Under the pieces are notes generated by a model. It searched no databases. It saw only the letters and a program-made list of their open reading frames with translations, and had not been told where the DNA came from. Shown one piece after another: positions 9,393 to 17,446 of a stretch of DNA of 64,000 bases (positions are counted from its first letter, which is position 1; each line of letters begins with the position of its first letter). This DNA comes from a virus (Duplodnaviria > Caudoviricetes): IMG/VR virus record IMGVR_UViG_3300049573_000247, positions 77,155-141,154 of that record; one strand, 5' to 3'. The translations under genes and the position numbers were made by a program.

Positions 9393-9474
9393 TGGACCGG
9401 GCAGGATTTGAACCTGCGATGCATGACGCAGCTGGTTTACAGCCAGCCCCTTTTGGCCGCTCGGGCACCGATCC
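9393..9474 (-). tRNA. tRNA-Tyr (GTA), no encoded CCA
   Basis: Acceptor GGATCGG/CCGGTCC, anticodon arm GCTGG-CTGTAAA-CCAGC, long variable arm, T arm GCAGG-TTCAAAT-CCTGC. Confidence 0.92.
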
Positions 9475-9584
9475 TTGTCGCCCGGCCTTCCCCCACGGAT
9501 GACCGGGCGCGCCCGCTTTGCGGGGAGTCCTACAGGGGTCGTCGCCTTGCGGCGGGTCCCCACCGGCCTTCCCCGACAAGAAGC
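9475..9584 (-). ncRNA. candidate structured RNA forming the 5' leader of tRNA-Tyr
   Basis: Closing stem TTGTCG/CGACAA, inner GGCCGG/CCGGTC, hairpins CGCC-GCAA-GGCG and CCCGC-AAA-GCGGG; extended -10 TGcTAGACT at 9591-9599. Confidence 0.45.
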
Positions 9585-9621
9585 GACGTGAGTCTAGCAC
9601 GCAGTCGGGTGTTTGTGGTGG

Positions 9622-9668
9622 TCGGCGGCGCCGCGCACAGTGTGTGAAGCAGACTGCGGCGCCGCCGA
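9622..9668. terminator. 13-bp GC hairpin, likely end of the terL transcript
   Basis: TCGGCGGCGCCGC ... GCGGCGCCGCCGA. Confidence 0.55.
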
Positions 9669-9726
9669 AACCGTGTCAGCAGCGTTGCTCGTAACGTGCC
9701 CGCAGTGCGGGTTGCCGACATGGCGG

Positions 9727-9990
9727 TTATTCACCCGGAGGTGAGTATACGTCGGCTGCGTCGTGAGCGCACGACATGTCTGGGACGTCGCCGTTGATGG
9801 CGAAGGTCTCGACCTGGTCGGCGATGCCGCGAATGAACTGGGCGAGTTCGACCGTGACGATGACCTGGTGGTCGTCGCCGTAGTGCGGGAGGATGGATGC
9901 GGGCAGTTGCCCGGCGGCGATGGGGTATTCATCGCCTTCGGGGCCGCGCATGATCATCGTCCATTCGCCGAGGTTCATTGTGCTCGCCAT
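9727..9990 (-). CDS. hypothetical protein
   Basis: AGGAG RBS; starts 8 bp after the terL stop. Confidence 0.65.
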   Translation of the reverse strand: MASTMNLGEWTMIMRGPEGDEYPIAAGQLPASILPHYGDDHQVIVTVELAQFIRGIADQVETFAINGDVPDMSCAHDAADVYSPPGE

Positions 9991-9998
9991 TGCTGCTC

Positions 9999-11513
9999 CT
10001 AGAACAAGTCGGTAGTCGACCAGTCGACGGGGTCGGCGTGGATGCTGATGCCGATGGGGGGTTCGATGATCTCGCCTCGCCCGTATCCCGATCCTTTGAG
10101 GAGTCCCTGGGCGAGGTAGACGGTGGCGTCGATGCGTCCGGGCGACTCTCGCGAGCCGGGTTGCCAGGTGGTCCACTGCTGGATGAGTTTGTCGTGTTCG
10201 CCTACGAGGCGGATGTCGCCTTGTACCCAGTATTGGGCAACGGGGTCCGCGCGAATGCGTTTTCCGTATCGGGCGCGAACTTCATCTATTCGGGGGATGG
10301 GGACATCGGGCGGAATGGTGCCGTCCTCCTCCAGATCGGACCATGCCGACTGGATCTGGAGTTTGCACATCTCGCCGCCGAAGTTCGTCTCCACGAAGAT
10401 GACGTCGGCAGTCAGCTCGTAGGACATGAGAGCGACCTCGCGGGCCCACTCGGTGGGTGAGGCCTGTCGGGATTTGTCGTGGGTGATGTAGCAGCGGTGG
10501 TCGTCGCCGAGGAATCCGGCGACGATTCCGGCTTCGTCGCCGCCTGCGGTGCCGGAGGGGTCGACGGCGACGGCGACACGCAGTTTGTCGGGGAGCGGTT
10601 CCCCGGGGCGGTGCCGGGAGGCTTCGATCTGTTCGAGGTTGAGGAGTGCGCCTTCGGCGGGCTGGGGGTCGCATTGGAAGAGCGCGAACCAGTCGCGTTT
10701 GGACAGCGAGGATTGGAGGCCGCCCCAGTGGGCGAGGAGCGCGTTCGTGTCATCGTGGGGGATTTTGGGGTGGCCGAGGGGTTCGCCGAGGGCGCGGCCG
10801 AGCGGGTCGTTGGATTCGACGGCGATCGCGGGGAGGCGGATGACGTCCCATTCGTCGCCTTCGCGTTTGAGGAGGCGACCGGCTATGTCGTCTTCATGCC
10901 AGCGGGTGAGCACGAGGACGATGGGGGCGCCGGGTGAGCCTCGGGTGAGGAAGGTGGAGGTCCACCAGTGGTCGACGGCGTCGCGGAACAGCTTCGATTC
11001 CGCTTCTTCACGGTCTTTGTGGGGGTCGTCGCAGATGAGGAGATCGCCGTCATGGCCTGTCAGACCCGAACCGACACCGACAGTTTTCATGCCGCCGCCG
11101 GTAGTGAGCTTCCAGGCTTGGGCGGTGCGTGCTTCGGGAGAGATGGTGAGGCCGAGCTTGTGGCCGTGCTCGCGGACGGCCTTGCGGACGTCGCGGCCCC
11201 AGTTTTTGGCGAGGTCGGAGCCGTAGGCGGCGGCGACGACCTGGTGATGGGGGTGGTGGGCGAGCCACCACAGCGGGAATTTCTTGGTGACCAGCTCGCT
11301 TTTGCCGGTGCGCGGCGGCGCGAAGATCATGATCTTGCGTTTGCCGCCGGGTTGGCGCAGCCGTGCGAGGCGCTCGCCGATGAGTCGGTGGTGGGGGCAG
11401 ATCTGGTAGCGGGGTTCGAGCCACGCGCCGAGGCTGGCGGGATCGTGGAGCGCCTGGACGCGCGCGGCGTAGGCGTACAGCTCCGCGTCAGACAGCTTCG
11501 AAAGATCCGGCAT
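9999..11513 (-). CDS. terL: terminase large subunit
   Basis: APPRTGKS Walker A, LLICDDPHKD Walker B, TRWHEDD, VAVDPS and SPGRIDA nuclease motifs. Confidence 0.93.
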   Translation of the reverse strand: MPDLSKLSDAELYAYAARVQALHDPASLGAWLEPRYQICPHHRLIGERLARLRQPGGKRKIMIFAPPRTGKSELVTKKFPLWWLAHHPHHQVVAAAYGSDLAKNWGRDVRKAVREHGHKLGLTISPEARTAQAWKLTTGGGMKTVGVGSGLTGHDGDLLICDDPHKDREEAESKLFRDAVDHWWTSTFLTRGSPGAPIVLVLTRWHEDDIAGRLLKREGDEWDVIRLPAIAVESNDPLGRALGEPLGHPKIPHDDTNALLAHWGGLQSSLSKRDWFALFQCDPQPAEGALLNLEQIEASRHRPGEPLPDKLRVAVAVDPSGTAGGDEAGIVAGFLGDDHRCYITHDKSRQASPTEWAREVALMSYELTADVIFVETNFGGEMCKLQIQSAWSDLEEDGTIPPDVPIPRIDEVRARYGKRIRADPVAQYWVQGDIRLVGEHDKLIQQWTTWQPGSRESPGRIDATVYLAQGLLKGSGYGRGEIIEPPIGISIHADPVDWSTTDLF

Positions 11514-11554
11514 AACCCGAATCTACCTGAATGTCCGTTTCATTCAGCTATGAG

Positions 11555-11610
11555 AGTTCTGCGCCGCGCTGCTATCGCGCTTCGAGCCATGAAGCAGCGC
11601 GGCGCAGAAC
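11555..11610. terminator. 18-bp perfect hairpin
   Basis: GTTCTGCGCCGCGCTGCT ... AGCAGCGCGGCGCAGAAC. Confidence 0.65.
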
Positions 11611-11611
11611 C

Positions 11612-11880
11612 ACACAGGCCCCCCGGGACGACAGACCCCTCCTGTGCGCTGTAGTGCGGCCGTGTCCGATGCACGCCGCACGCGGCAAGTACCCACCTTG
11701 CAGTCTGCGATTGCGCCGGGTCACCCCGTCTGTCCAACGGGGCCTTCGGAACCTCCGATGCTACCTGGAGGTGTGGCCTCACTGGTACGCGCGTCACTTC
11801 GTACCGTACGGAGCGTCTCCGCTAACGTCCGCCTCTCCTGTGGCCCAGGGGGAGGCGACTGGCGGTGAAGCCACATGTGC
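11612..11880 (-). ncRNA. candidate 270-nt multi-branched RNA, strand uncertain
   Basis: Intergenic; at least eight nested or adjacent stems found by eye. Confidence 0.45.
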
Positions 11881-11892
11881 CAGCTGCCTGTT

Positions 11893-12135
11893 TTATAGCA
11901 TCCCGTCGGCGCCGTCGCTCAACCACAGCCCGAACCCGATGGTGCCCTCAGCGTGGCCACTGGAGTGCCTGACCATCCACGCCAGTGCGGCCTCGCGCGT
12001 GGGGGCGGTGGCGCAGGCGCTGCACGATGCGCGTCCCTGGCAGCAGATGACCACCGGGTAGCAGTAGCCGATGTCGTCCAGCAGCCGGTTGAACGACCAC
12101 AGCGGCGTGCCCGCGATCAGCGCATCAGGGTTCAT
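11893..12135 (-). CDS. small Cys-rich hypothetical protein
   Basis: Last gene of an overlapped operon. Confidence 0.55.
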   Translation of the reverse strand: MNPDALIAGTPLWSFNRLLDDIGYCYPVVICCQGRASCSACATAPTREAALAWMVRHSSGHAEGTIGFGLWLSDGADGML

Positions 12136-12484
12136 GGCCTGATGGTAGTGGGGGCGGCGGGGCCGCGAGGTCGTCTTCGCCGATGAAGTACGCGCGCGGC
12201 GCGGTCCACCATGCGATCGGTTGGCCGCTGTCACCGGTGAACGGCGGATCGCCGTAGAGCACGAACACGCCAGGCACCACCGTGATGTACCCCTGCGGTG
12301 CGTCGGAGCCGTAGTCGTCCCTGTCGCGGCGTCCGACGTGGATCTGGATGCCTGCATCGAGCTTGCCTTCGACATCGGTGGCCCAGTCGGCCAGGCGCAG
12401 CATCAGCCGCGACTTCAGATCGGGAGGGCACACCAGCGTGATCGGTGGCTGGGACAGATAGGAGTCGTCGATCTGCTCGCTCAC
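12125..12484 (-). CDS. hypothetical protein
   Basis: GTGA overlap with the upstream stop. Confidence 0.6.
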   Translation of the reverse strand: MSEQIDDSYLSQPPITLVCPPDLKSRLMLRLADWATDVEGKLDAGIQIHVGRRDRDDYGSDAPQGYITVVPGVFVLYGDPPFTGDSGQPIAWWTAPRAYFIGEDDLAAPPPPLPSGHEP

Positions 12485-12828
12485 ACGGTCTCCAGGTCGT
12501 CGGGGAAGTCGGCGGCGGTGATCGTGAACGAGGGACCGCGCAGCAGCTTGTGCCACCAGCGCCACCGGATTGTTCTGCCCCGCGACGTGAACGGCAGCGG
12601 CCCGTACTGGTCGAGCATCGGTGCCTCCACGGTCCAGTAGGCCATGCTGCGGCAGCCGCAGGAGGAGGCGGTGCGCAGGTGCAGGCGCGCATCGGTGCGG
12701 CCCTCGGGCGTAGCGCACCACGAGACCAGCGCCTGCGCGAGGCGCTGCTTCACTGCGTCGTCCTGCGGCAGCAGTTCGATCAGGCGCGGATCGCGGCGCA
12801 CCGGTGCGGGGAGCGCCGGGTCTCTCAT
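12481..12828 (-). CDS. hypothetical protein
   Basis: ATGA overlap with the HIT stop. Confidence 0.6.
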   Translation of the reverse strand: MRDPALPAPVRRDPRLIELLPQDDAVKQRLAQALVSWCATPEGRTDARLHLRTASSCGCRSMAYWTVEAPMLDQYGPLPFTSRGRTIRWRWWHKLLRGPSFTITAADFPDDLETV

Positions 12829-13247
12829 CGCTGCTCCGTGTCGGCAGGGACGGGTGTCCATGGCAGCGCGATATCGTCGCCGTCGCTTCTGGGAAGGTAA
12901 TGCAGATGCAGGTGGTCGACGGTCTGGGTCGCTTCGGCGCCGATGTTGATGATGAGGTTGAACGGCTTGCGCTGGGCCAGGGCGTACTGCCATGCGGCCA
13001 TCCACATGTACGCGGTCGGCGAGTGGCTGACAGCGACCCCGTGGTCTCTGGTGACGTGCAGGCGCGGGATGAACAGCACGTGACCCTCAACCCGGGGGTT
13101 GAGGGGGACGATCGCGATGGCGTTGGTGAACTTCGCGACGACCTGGGCCGGTGCTTGACCGGTGATGATGCGGCAGAACGGGCACGGGCCGTCGACGCGG
13201 GCGTCCACCTCGTTCTTGCTCGCTGCTTGACTGGACGCCCGCGTCAT
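12825..13247 (-). CDS. HIT-family nucleotide hydrolase
   Basis: CPFCRII, GHVLFIPRLH and QTVDHLHLHYLP histidine triad. Confidence 0.9.
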   Translation of the reverse strand: MTRASSQAASKNEVDARVDGPCPFCRIITGQAPAQVVAKFTNAIAIVPLNPRVEGHVLFIPRLHVTRDHGVAVSHSPTAYMWMAAWQYALAQRKPFNLIINIGAEATQTVDHLHLHYLPRSDGDDIALPWTPVPADTEQR

Positions 13248-13696
13248 GCTCCTGCTTCCACAGTGTATCCGATGGATTCTCGTGTCCACATCGAACACGG
13301 GCCGGTGGTGTCGATGAGGTGCTGTTCGCCCGGCGGGACGATGCCGCCGGTGGCCAGCTGATGGCGCTGGCGCCGCGCGCAGGCGGCGATGCCGACCTCG
13401 GGGCGCTCACCGGTGCGACGCTGGCGGGCGAGGTACTGCTTCGCGCGGCGACGCTCAGCTTTGGTCGTGCGCGCCTGGGGCATGAGCCCGGCAGCACGCA
13501 GCTGTGGTTCGAGAACATCGGACAGGCAGGCGGACAACTCGCTGAAGGAGGCCTGCAGGCCCTCGACGGCGTCAGCGAGGGACTGCCCCACGGTGTGCAT
13601 GTACGCCTGCAAGGACGTGAACGGAAGATCGGTATCGGTCACCGACCTATATTCGCGCACAGCGGCACCGAAATCAGGGATAGAACAGCTTCGCAA
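13244..13696 (-). CDS. hypothetical protein
   Basis: ATGA overlap with the HIT start; own start uncertain. Confidence 0.5.
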   Translation of the reverse strand: MRSCSIPDFGAAVREYRSVTDTDLPFTSLQAYMHTVGQSLADAVEGLQASFSELSACLSDVLEPQLRAAGLMPQARTTKAERRRAKQYLARQRRTGERPEVGIAACARRQRHQLATGGIVPPGEQHLIDTTGPCSMWTRESIGYTVEAGA

Positions 13697-14237
13697 CGCG
13701 CAGCGCTGCCCGCTTGCACTTGCGGGCCGCTCGTATCTGGCCGCTGTTACTGGTGACGACCGCTTTTATGAACGCGCCGTCGGGGTCGTAGTGCATCTCC
13801 ATGAGCTTGGCGTGGTCGGTGTCCTCGTCGAACAGCCAGAAGTCATGGCCCATCTTGCGGACGTGCTTGATCCACTGCCCCGGTTCGACCCACGCGATGC
13901 GGATGTTCTCCCCGGCCGCCTTGGTTTCGGCGTAGACGGCCAGCTCGAACCGGAGGTAGTCGTTGAGCGCCAGTCTCCCGGTCTCGTCGGTGGTGCGCTC
14001 GATGACGTGCACGCGTCCGATGTCGCGGCCGTGCTCCACGGCAGGCGCGATGACGTTCTCGATCCACGGCTTGACGTGGCTCATGTCCCTATCGCCTGCG
14101 AGGAATCGTTCGAAGGCGTCCTGTTCGTAGCCGACGTCGTAAGCCTGGAGGGTCTCCAGGCGCCACGCCGAGTCGGTAAAGCCGGTGAAGTACGCCTCGA
14201 ATTCCGGGTCATCGAGGCTCGTGATCGTTGTCGGCAT
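13674..14237 (-). CDS. DUF6879-like protein (second subtype)
   Basis: SAWRLETL..Y, GRVHV, YLRFE, GENIR, DFWLFD motifs. Confidence 0.8.
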   Translation of the reverse strand: MPTTITSLDDPEFEAYFTGFTDSAWRLETLQAYDVGYEQDAFERFLAGDRDMSHVKPWIENVIAPAVEHGRDIGRVHVIERTTDETGRLALNDYLRFELAVYAETKAAGENIRIAWVEPGQWIKHVRKMGHDFWLFDEDTDHAKLMEMHYDPDGAFIKAVVTSNSGQIRAARKCKRAALRVAKLFYP

Positions 14238-14252
14238 CGTGGTGCTTTCTGG

Positions 14253-14582
14253 TTAGGGCCTGCGCCAGCGCTCCCGGATGCGGGCGGCCATGCGCATTCG
14301 CCTGCCTGATCCGCCGCATGCATCGCACATGGTGAACGTTTTCTTCCAGATGTACTTGGCGAAGTGCTTGCCTCGGCCTTTGCAGACTCGGCACGGTTTT
14401 TGGTCGCGGATGAAGGCGCCGTGGACGAACCAGACGATAACAAAGGCAATGGCGGCAATGATGACGGCGGTGCGCAGCTGCGGATAGTCGACCAGGAGTT
14501 CCCAGATGATGAGTCCGATGTCGCGCAGGATGCTCCCGATGGCGAGGGCGAAGGTGCCCAGCGCTGGCCAGAGGTCGCTCAT
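14253..14582 (-). CDS. membrane protein with DnaJ-type CxxCxGxG zinc finger
   Basis: Hydrophobic N-half; CRVCKGRG ... CDACGGSG. Confidence 0.7.
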   Translation of the reverse strand: MSDLWPALGTFALAIGSILRDIGLIIWELLVDYPQLRTAVIIAAIAFVIVWFVHGAFIRDQKPCRVCKGRGKHFAKYIWKKTFTMCDACGGSGRRMRMAARIRERWRRP

Positions 14583-14583
14583 G

Positions 14584-15078
14584 TCACCGTGTGGTCTGGG
14601 CGTTGGTGATCTGCTCAGCTGCTTGTTCGAGCTGGGCGATCACCGCTTTCGTGCCTTCGACGCCGTCGTCGAGCTGCGGCAGCATGGCCATGATCGAGGC
14701 GACGGCGGTGTTCTTGGCCTCTTCGACGGCTCCGGTGAGGGTGGCGAAGAAGTCGTTCGCGGCACCGGCATTGCTGACCGCGTTCTGGCAGGCCTCCTGT
14801 GCGGCCAGCACGAATGGCAGTGTGCCCTGTCCGGCGCTGGTCGTGGCCGAGACGTGCTCTTCGGCGGGGCCGATGGTGGCATCGACTGAACCCTTGGTCG
14901 CGTCGGCCTGCGCTGCAAGCGAGGTGACCAAGCCCTGGAGTTCGCTGAAGGCGGCGATGACGGCTCCGGCGGTGGCCTCGGCGGTGGTTTTGAGGTGCTG
15001 TTCGCTCTGCGTGGCGAGGGCCTGCGCTTCTGCGGTAGCGGCTGTCACGGCGGCGGCGTGGTCTTCGGAGGCGCTCAT
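14584..15078 (-). CDS. Ala-rich helical protein
   Basis: AAAGGA RBS; TATCCT -10 candidate upstream. Confidence 0.7.
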   Translation of the reverse strand: MSASEDHAAAVTAATAEAQALATQSEQHLKTTAEATAGAVIAAFSELQGLVTSLAAQADATKGSVDATIGPAEEHVSATTSAGQGTLPFVLAAQEACQNAVSNAGAANDFFATLTGAVEEAKNTAVASIMAMLPQLDDGVEGTKAVIAQLEQAAEQITNAQTTR

Positions 15079-15218
15079 GAACATCCTTTCGGTGCTGGGT
15101 GATTCGTGAGGATATCCCACGTCCTCATGGGACCGGTTTTCGCCCGATACCAGAGACAAGTACGTTTTTGAACTAGTTCGTCGTGCATTTACACTTTTGT
15201 CCGGTTTATGCTGTTGTG

Positions 15219-15701
15219 GTGGATGACTGGCTGACGATCGCGCTTGCCCTGGCCATGACGGCCAGGATCACGAGGCTGATCACGTTCGACACGATCACCC
15301 AGCCGATCCGCGATCGGCTGCCCGGACTGCTCGGGGCGCTGGTCCAGTGCCCTTGGTGCTCCGGGTTCTGGGTCGCCGTCGCAGTCGGCTTCTCCTGGCA
15401 CTGGTGGGCCGACCAGACCTGGTGGCAGATCAACGCACTGATCTGGGCGCTCTCCTGGTTCGCTGGAGCCGTTTCCAACGCTGCGATGCCCGGTCAGCAT
15501 GAGGTCGCCATGGTCGGACCCGTCGCACTGCTCAACGCCGACGAACCGGTCCGCGAAACCGTCGAACGGGTCGAGACCACCAACGAGATCCACATCGACA
15601 CGCGCGAGGAAGCCGACCCCGAGGAAATCGCCCGGATCGTCGTCGAAGCACTCCAGCGCGCCAAGTGGGGTCCGGCGAACAAGGCGGGCGGGTCTGACTG
15701 A
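15219..15701 (+). CDS. DUF1360-like membrane protein
   Basis: RITRLITFDTI..PIR ... CPWCSGFWV; leaderless TATGCT-N6-GTG; TGATG overlap with portal. Confidence 0.8.
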   Translation: MDDWLTIALALAMTARITRLITFDTITQPIRDRLPGLLGALVQCPWCSGFWVAVAVGFSWHWWADQTWWQINALIWALSWFAGAVSNAAMPGQHEVAMVGPVALLNADEPVRETVERVETTNEIHIDTREEADPEEIARIVVEALQRAKWGPANKAGGSD

Positions 15702-17440
15702 TGGGATTCGGCTCGCAGCTCAAAAGCCTGACGGCCGCCATGTTTCGCGGTCGGCCGGTCGGCGTACCCACCGGCCGCATCGGGATGGGCTCCTATGCGC
15801 TGCAGGGCGCCACCGCCGAATGGCAGGCTGAAGCCGCTGAGCTGTACAACGTCGTCCCCGAGCTGCGCTACGGCATCTACTGGATCGCCTCCTCATCCTC
15901 CCGCGCCACGCTCACCGTCGCCAAGAAGCCCACCGGCGAACAGGCGACGCCCGAGACCGTCTCCCGCGACAACCCCGCGTGGGAGCCACTCAACGAACTC
16001 GCGCCCACCGCCCCCGAGCAGGCGATGCTCATCTACCGCATCGTCACGCTCATGAAGCTGCTCGGGCGATGGCGCCTCGTCGGCTTCGACACCGACGACG
16101 GCAAGCGCCAGTGGGTCGTCACCTCCGAATACGACTACAACGAATCGGGCAACGGCGTCAGCGTCCACGACGCCACCACCGGCGTCAACTACACCCTCGG
16201 CCGCGACCAGGTGTGGTCCATTCCCATGCTCATGCCCCACCCCATCCGCTCCTCCGAACCCGACGCCCCCACCAGAGCGCTCATTCCCACCCTCCACGAA
16301 CTCATCGACCTCTCCGGACACGTCCAGACCGCCGCCAAGTCACGCCTGGCCGGAGCAGGGCTGCTCCTGATTCCCAACCAGGTCTCCACCGTCGCCCCCG
16401 GCCAGTCCAGTGGCGTCAACCCACCCGACGGCGACCCGGCGATGACCGCACTCATGCGCACCGCTCAGGCCAGCCTGCGCTCCCCCACCGACGTCTCCCG
16501 CCACCTCCCGGTCATCTTCAAAGGCCAGCAGGAAGCGCTCAACGCCGTCCGCCACCTCAGCCTGCAAACCCCGTTCGACGAACGAGTCGACTCGCTCAGA
16601 ACATCAGCAGTCCGGCGAATCGCCATCGGATTGGACATTCCACCCGAAGTGCTCACAGGCATGGGCGACCTGAACCACTGGACAGCATGGGCTGTCGAGG
16701 CCTCCGGCCAGCGCGTCAACATCGAGCCCACGTTGAATTTCGTGTGCCGGGAGTTGACCACGAAGTTCCTGCAGCCCGCGCTGAAAGCTATGGGGTTGCC
16801 CGACGCCGACCAGTACATGGTCTCGTTCGACCCGGCCGGGGCGCAGTCCGAGGCCAACAAGGGCGACCTCGCGCTGGCGGCCTACGAGTTGGGCATCATC
16901 TCGGCCGACGCGGCTCGCAGCTCCTTGGGCTATGGCTCGGAGGATGCGCCGGAGCCGGGATCGGTGCCGCCGGGCCAGGCAGTGGTGCCCGGTGGGCGCG
17001 AGGGCGGCCTGGTCCCCAGTGCGATGGACCGCCTTGCCGACCGGCTGCGCGACCAGACCAACCGCGCCGGTCCCGCGTCGGGGACGCAGTCGCAGGTCGG
17101 GCTCGAATCGCTCGCGGCCGACGCCGGATGGGCGGCTTGTGCCGACATCGGGGCGCGCCGCGCGCTGCGCCGGTGCGGGCAGTACCTCCTGGGTTCTTCA
17201 CGGGCGCTGCGCGGCCGGTATCGCGATACGCCTCTTGAGGCGATGCATACCCAGATCCGTGCGGAGCCCGACACGGTTGCCTCCGCGTTGCGGGATGGGT
17301 TTGCCGAATTGGCTGAGGCCGCGCCGCAGTTGGTCGACCCCGTAGCCCGATATGTCCGCTTTAGGATAGAAACAGGTACTAAGCACGATAAGTCAGAAAT
17401 GTGCAGGTATCTTCTAGAAGAGGCGAACACGAGGGGGTAG
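15701..17440 (+). CDS. portal protein
   Basis: Position, size, ELRY..W, RLAGAGLLLIP, RRIAIGLDIPPE.L.G...NHW.AW motifs. Confidence 0.85.
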   Translation: MGFGSQLKSLTAAMFRGRPVGVPTGRIGMGSYALQGATAEWQAEAAELYNVVPELRYGIYWIASSSSRATLTVAKKPTGEQATPETVSRDNPAWEPLNELAPTAPEQAMLIYRIVTLMKLLGRWRLVGFDTDDGKRQWVVTSEYDYNESGNGVSVHDATTGVNYTLGRDQVWSIPMLMPHPIRSSEPDAPTRALIPTLHELIDLSGHVQTAAKSRLAGAGLLLIPNQVSTVAPGQSSGVNPPDGDPAMTALMRTAQASLRSPTDVSRHLPVIFKGQQEALNAVRHLSLQTPFDERVDSLRTSAVRRIAIGLDIPPEVLTGMGDLNHWTAWAVEASGQRVNIEPTLNFVCRELTTKFLQPALKAMGLPDADQYMVSFDPAGAQSEANKGDLALAAYELGIISADAARSSLGYGSEDAPEPGSVPPGQAVVPGGREGGLVPSAMDRLADRLRDQTNRAGPASGTQSQVGLESLAADAGWAACADIGARRALRRCGQYLLGSSRALRGRYRDTPLEAMHTQIRAEPDTVASALRDGFAELAEAAPQLVDPVARYVRFRIETGTKHDKSEMCRYLLEEANTRG

Positions 17441-17446
17441 GGCGCG

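Noticed and set aside
9392-9424. ORF-track start at 9424
   Set aside because: It lies inside the tRNA-Tyr gene; ATG 9391 is preferred.
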